From Candidatus Giovannonibacteria bacterium (GTDB lineage: Bacteria; Patescibacteriota; Minisyncoccia; JACPKW01; UBA11713): a DNA stretch of 64,000 nucleotides. Where the stretch lies: assembly GCA_023266875.1 (NCBI GenBank), contig JAHFOJ010000001.1, positions 12,851 to 76,850 on the forward strand. Reading direction: 5' to 3'. The notes under the pieces are model-generated. The model was not told where the DNA came from, did not search any database, and saw only the letters and a list, made by a program, of their open reading frames with translations. The number at the start of each line of letters is the position of its first letter. Position 1 is the first letter of the stretch. Positions 60,493 through 64,000 of the stretch are shown one piece after another. The translations under genes were made by a program, and so were the position numbers.

Positions 60493-61601
60493 GATTCAAC
60501 TAATTTATTCCTATAATCATCAAATGAAACATAAGGCCGGGGAGTATTTTTTGCTCCTTCGGAAAGTTTTTTCAAGAAAGTTTTGTCATTTTTAATTTTA
60601 GTTAATGATCCAACAAGCGCTGATCGATCCCCAACCGGAAAAATAATCCCGTTTTGCCCGTCTTTAACAACTTCATGGGCGAGCCCAACGTCCGTCATTA
60701 AGACAGGAAGCCTCGATCCAAGCGCTTCAAGCGCAGCAAGGCTATATCCTTCGTAATTCGATGTTATTAATAGGCAATCCGCGCTCTGATAGTAATCAGC
60801 AAGATCTTCGGCTGATTTCCATCCTTCAAAATAAACATTCCCCTCAAGCCCATATTTTGCTTCATCTTCAAGGCGCGTCCGAAGCAACCCATCGCCTACA
60901 ATTACCAGCAAAATTTCCGGTCCCTTATTTACAATTTCACGAAACGCGTCAAGCGCGAGCGATATATTTTTTTCATGAGTTAGGCGAGAAGCCATTAAAA
61001 CATATAACTCATATCCCGGGTATTTCTTTTTAATATCCAACCATCCTTTCGGCTTACTTGCATCCGAATAAATCGGCAAGACACGGATAGTTGGCAGTTT
61101 ATAGTTTATAGTTTTTAGAATGGAGTTTTTGATCCGTTCGGATACAACCCGAATTCCATCAGCTCGCGGAATCAGGAAACTAGCTAACCAAATCCTGATT
61201 TTGTTAAAAAAAGATCCTCTAAAATAGTAAGGGCTAAAAATATCCGCATGAATTTGCATCTGCCACGGAACGCTAAATTTCTTTGAAAGTTTCCAAGCTA
61301 AAAACGAATGCTCGATTTCCTGCGCGGTAATCAAATCAAATTTCTCGCGCAATAAAACTGCCCTAGCTTTTTTATATCCCTTCCAAAATCGAAATAATTT
61401 CCCATCTTTCGCATCAATTTTTATAATTTCAAGTTTGTCCAAAACCTTTGCATATTCCCGCATCCGCAAAAAAACCGCGCTCCCCGCCTCATCCACCCAT
61501 GGATCCGATGAAAACATTAGAACTTTCATCCCGTTAGAAATCCGACCCGCTGTAGGCGCGTTGGTAGAAATCTCCGGTTTCTTATTTCTAACGGGATTCA
61601 T
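60468..61601 (-). CDS. GT4 glycosyltransferase; first 24 aa derive from a repeat element (ancestral start 61529)
   Basis: SRLTHEKN, SNYEGYSLAALEA; ATG at 61601 overlaps the upstream stop (ATGA). Confidence 0.9.
   Translation of the reverse strand: MNPVRNKKPEISTNAPTAGRISNGMKVLMFSSDPWVDEAGSAVFLRMREYAKVLDKLEIIKIDAKDGKLFRFWKGYKKARAVLLREKFDLITAQEIEHSFLAWKLSKKFSVPWQMQIHADIFSPYYFRGSFFNKIRIWLASFLIPRADGIRVVSERIKNSILKTINYKLPTIRVLPIYSDASKPKGWLDIKKKYPGYELYVLMASRLTHEKNISLALDAFREIVNKGPEILLVIVGDGLLRTRLEDEAKYGLEGNVYFEGWKSAEDLADYYQSADCLLITSNYEGYSLAALEALGSRLPVLMTDVGLAHEVVKDGQNGIIFPVGDRSALVGSLTKIKNDKTFLKKLSEGAKNTPRPYVSFDDYRNKLVESWKACLKR
61530..61596 (-). mobile_element. MITE-like miniature element sharing inverted repeats with the GIY-YIG element
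   Basis: ATGAA|TCCCGTTAGAAAT...ATTTCTAACGGG|ATGAA on the minus strand; ATG-to-ATG distance 72 nt. Confidence 0.75.
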
Positions 61602-63334
61602 ACAATTTCTTTTAAATAACATTGTTCGCAATAAACAATCCGTGGATCATCCGGCCGATAAACAGCTTCAAATTTAACTCCGCATTTAGGGCAAACTCTC
61701 TCAAAAAATTCCAAAACTATTGAGCCAAATTTATCCCTTTTTTCTTTGAGGCGTGCGCTAAAATGTTCAAGCGGCAAAGGCGTATTAAATTTACGATGCA
61801 AATCCAGCTCTGCTTGGGTATATCGAAATTTTTTATTATTTATTTTATCAAAAATTATTCTATCTAAAATATCGTTTTTTACGTTTTTAATATCAGCTGG
61901 CACATTCTCCGCATTAATTATATCTCCCTTCACTTCATCAAGCTCTTCTTTAATTTCTTCAAATCTATATCCAAACCGCCGCGCATTCTCAAAATCATCA
62001 TAACCTTTATACGATGAGGCAATCGAAAGATTATACGGAAAAGGTGAGGAATCTGGAGGAAAAAACTCTCCATATTCTCCATCCTTAAACATCTTAGTTT
62101 TTATTTCATCAACCTTCCGCCAATAATCGCCCTCTGTATACTGCTTGTTAAAAATACAAAATGATTTATTACTAAGCGCAATACAGCCAAAAACATCATG
62201 GCAATTTTTGCAAAAATCAGAGTATTCCGCATCACGACAGCCTGCCATCATAGTAGAAAACAATGTTTTGTAGCAATTATAAGCGCCCGCACATTCATAG
62301 GAGAATTCAGTTTCTACTGCACTTACATCGTACGAATCACGAATCTTCGTCGAACCAATGGAATATGCCGTTCGTTCTGAATCCATAACAAAATAACAAT
62401 TGAAACAATCTCTCGAGTTTATGATATAGTCTCCGGAACTATTCACCAATTTCTCATTATGGTGAGGCTTGTGAATCGCGTTCCGGGATATTTCGTAAAA
62501 TTTCTTTTTGTATTCAGCTAGAACATTACGATCCCCTAAATTAATTTCCGACAACTTGCTCTGATATTCGTCTTTCGTTAACTGCTCTCCAAAGAAAACA
62601 TACTTCTTATGGCGCAAATTTATGCCCCCGAAACAATTCGTGCAATTCCGGCAATCATATAGAAAATAACTGTCCAGACAGTTTTTTGAAAATTCCACAA
62701 AATAACAATTATAAAGTTCACTGGACTCAAAACATTCATAACAAATAGTGGAGTCAAATGCATCGAAACAATCAACACAATCTTTAGAATTTAAACAAAT
62801 CGTATAGTGGCAATTTTCGCTCTTGATCGAGTTAAAAACTAGATAGCAATCTTTCAAATGTGTTGAATCGTTAGTAAATTCACTATTTATGCTTGTATTG
62901 TCAACATAAAGATTGGGACGCGGCACAACTAGTTGAAGATTCTTAAACTGGTCAAAAAAGCTTCTAGATAAGTCACAATCGCGTTCATATTCTATGGCAT
63001 CCCATTCACCTCCAAACCAATGTTGGTGATCATAAATTTTATAAGGCGTATTTGGCGGATACTGCATTAAAATTTTTTTGCCCGAAAAAGACGAGATGCC
63101 GTAAAAAAGATTAAAAGAATTCCAAACAGCAAGAAATGAACGCATTCGTTCTTTCGGACTCAAAGTCGGAAGAGGCACGCGTATTTTTTTATAAAACGCG
63201 ACATCTTCAGGTCTAACATAAAATTTCTCGCTAGAAAACCGGCACGTTCTCCACTGTCCTCCCTTCTCGTCGAACTCAAGTTTCGAGAAATATTCATCCA
63301 ACGCCTTATCAAATTGTGGTGTTTTTGATGTCAT
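61598..63334 (-). CDS. Cys-rich repeat protein with terminal zinc-ribbon-like motifs (CPR-type hypothetical)
   Basis: Repeated DC..C/NCFG units, GEYGEFFP, C-terminal CPKC...YCEQCY. Confidence 0.8.
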   Translation of the reverse strand: MTSKTPQFDKALDEYFSKLEFDEKGGQWRTCRFSSEKFYVRPEDVAFYKKIRVPLPTLSPKERMRSFLAVWNSFNLFYGISSFSGKKILMQYPPNTPYKIYDHQHWFGGEWDAIEYERDCDLSRSFFDQFKNLQLVVPRPNLYVDNTSINSEFTNDSTHLKDCYLVFNSIKSENCHYTICLNSKDCVDCFDAFDSTICYECFESSELYNCYFVEFSKNCLDSYFLYDCRNCTNCFGGINLRHKKYVFFGEQLTKDEYQSKLSEINLGDRNVLAEYKKKFYEISRNAIHKPHHNEKLVNSSGDYIINSRDCFNCYFVMDSERTAYSIGSTKIRDSYDVSAVETEFSYECAGAYNCYKTLFSTMMAGCRDAEYSDFCKNCHDVFGCIALSNKSFCIFNKQYTEGDYWRKVDEIKTKMFKDGEYGEFFPPDSSPFPYNLSIASSYKGYDDFENARRFGYRFEEIKEELDEVKGDIINAENVPADIKNVKNDILDRIIFDKINNKKFRYTQAELDLHRKFNTPLPLEHFSARLKEKRDKFGSIVLEFFERVCPKCGVKFEAVYRPDDPRIVYCEQCYLKEIV

Positions 63335-63351
63335 AAATCTAAATTCAAACT

Positions 63352-63369
63352 GCTATGATATATCATAGC
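63352..63369. repeat. perfect 18-bp palindrome
   Basis: gctatgatatatcatagc. Confidence 0.75.
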
Positions 63370-63413
63370 GATAAGGTTTTCCTTCTAAACTACTTTCGTG
63401 GTTCATAATCTAT

Positions 63414-63433
63414 TACTGCGATTAATCGCAGTA
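63414..63433. repeat. perfect 20-bp palindrome
   Basis: tactgcgattaatcgcagta. Confidence 0.75.
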
Positions 63434-63434
63434 T

Positions 63435-64000
63435 TTAAACTATTTCCTTTAAATAACAACTCTCACAATAGACCTTTAATTTTTTGGCGGGATCGTAAGA
63501 AGAATACATTTCTTGCCCGCAATTTGAGCATGGGTATTTCCATAAATAATACGGGTTCTTTTTTTTAAATCGTTCAAAAAGACGCACCTGGTAGTGATTT
63601 GTTGGCAACGGAATTTTATATTTTCTATAAAAAGTTAATTCCCATTCCGTAATCTGAAACAATCTTCCGGTCTCGGTACAGATAATCGCTTTTTTCAAGA
63701 TATCATTTTGGACATCGGCGATATTGTCGGGCAGTTCTTCGCCTTTTATTTTTTCGAGGTCAGAATGCATTATAGGCTCAATCGCGCGCCATCTAGCTTT
63801 AAATGTTTTTGCAGATGTTTCATTAAGGGGAACAATCATTTGCGCATAAGTATCATTGTAATAAAAGAATGAGTGCTCGAGGGGCAGAAACTCTCCATAC
63901 ATACCATCCGCAAGCATTTTAGTTTTCATTTCATCGATTTTTTTCCAATATTCGTTTTCAGTATAAGCTTTATTGAAAATGTAATACTCTTTATTTTTTA
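63435..64000 (-). CDS. Cys-rich repeat protein paralog (partial, 5' end outside the window)
   Basis: Frame open to the window edge (KNKEYYIFNKAYTENEYWKKIDEM...), matching the 61598-63334 protein; same CYLKEIV end. Confidence 0.85.
   Translation of the reverse strand, partial: KNKEYYIFNKAYTENEYWKKIDEMKTKMLADGMYGEFLPLEHSFFYYNDTYAQMIVPLNETSAKTFKARWRAIEPIMHSDLEKIKGEELPDNIADVQNDILKKAIICTETGRLFQITEWELTFYRKYKIPLPTNHYQVRLFERFKKKNPYYLWKYPCSNCGQEMYSSYDPAKKLKVYCESCYLKEIV

Overview
The window looks like chromosomal DNA from a small-genome bacterium using genetic code 11, most likely Patescibacteria/CPR (Parcubacteria-like). That assignment is inferred from the short ATP synthase epsilon and delta subunits, tandem Cys-rich paralogs and sparse Shine-Dalgarno use. 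Bases 1-17.6 kb hold housekeeping genes: a partial carbonic-anhydrase-like gene, atpBEFHAGDC, gatB, efp, uppS, pepA, an FKBP, a NUDIX gene broken by an in-frame TGA, secA, hpf and murB. Bases 17.9-61.6 kb are a ~44 kb surface-glycosylation locus. It contains an initiating phosphoglycosyltransferase, GT2/GT4/GT-C enzymes, two ligase-TPR proteins, a flippase, deacetylases, FemAB-like acyltransferases, a CotH-VTC-DUF4956 triad, a carbamoyltransferase-SxtJ-SGNH-SxtK module and an RtcB-like/CDP-alcohol phosphotransferase pair. Highlight 1 is a candidate mobile-element family that inserts at start codons. A decayed GIY-YIG nuclease gene and a 72-bp in-frame miniature copy share 12-bp terminal inverted repeats, and each is flanked by a duplicated ATGAA. 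Highlight 2 is the divergent RtcB-fold enzyme, which may be repurposed for glycan or lipid phosphodiester chemistry. Highlight 3 is a strand-specific rod-like candidate ncRNA upstream of murB. There are also several other palindromic repeats and a recurrent leaderless promoter layout. All calls come from reading motifs by eye; no database searches were run.
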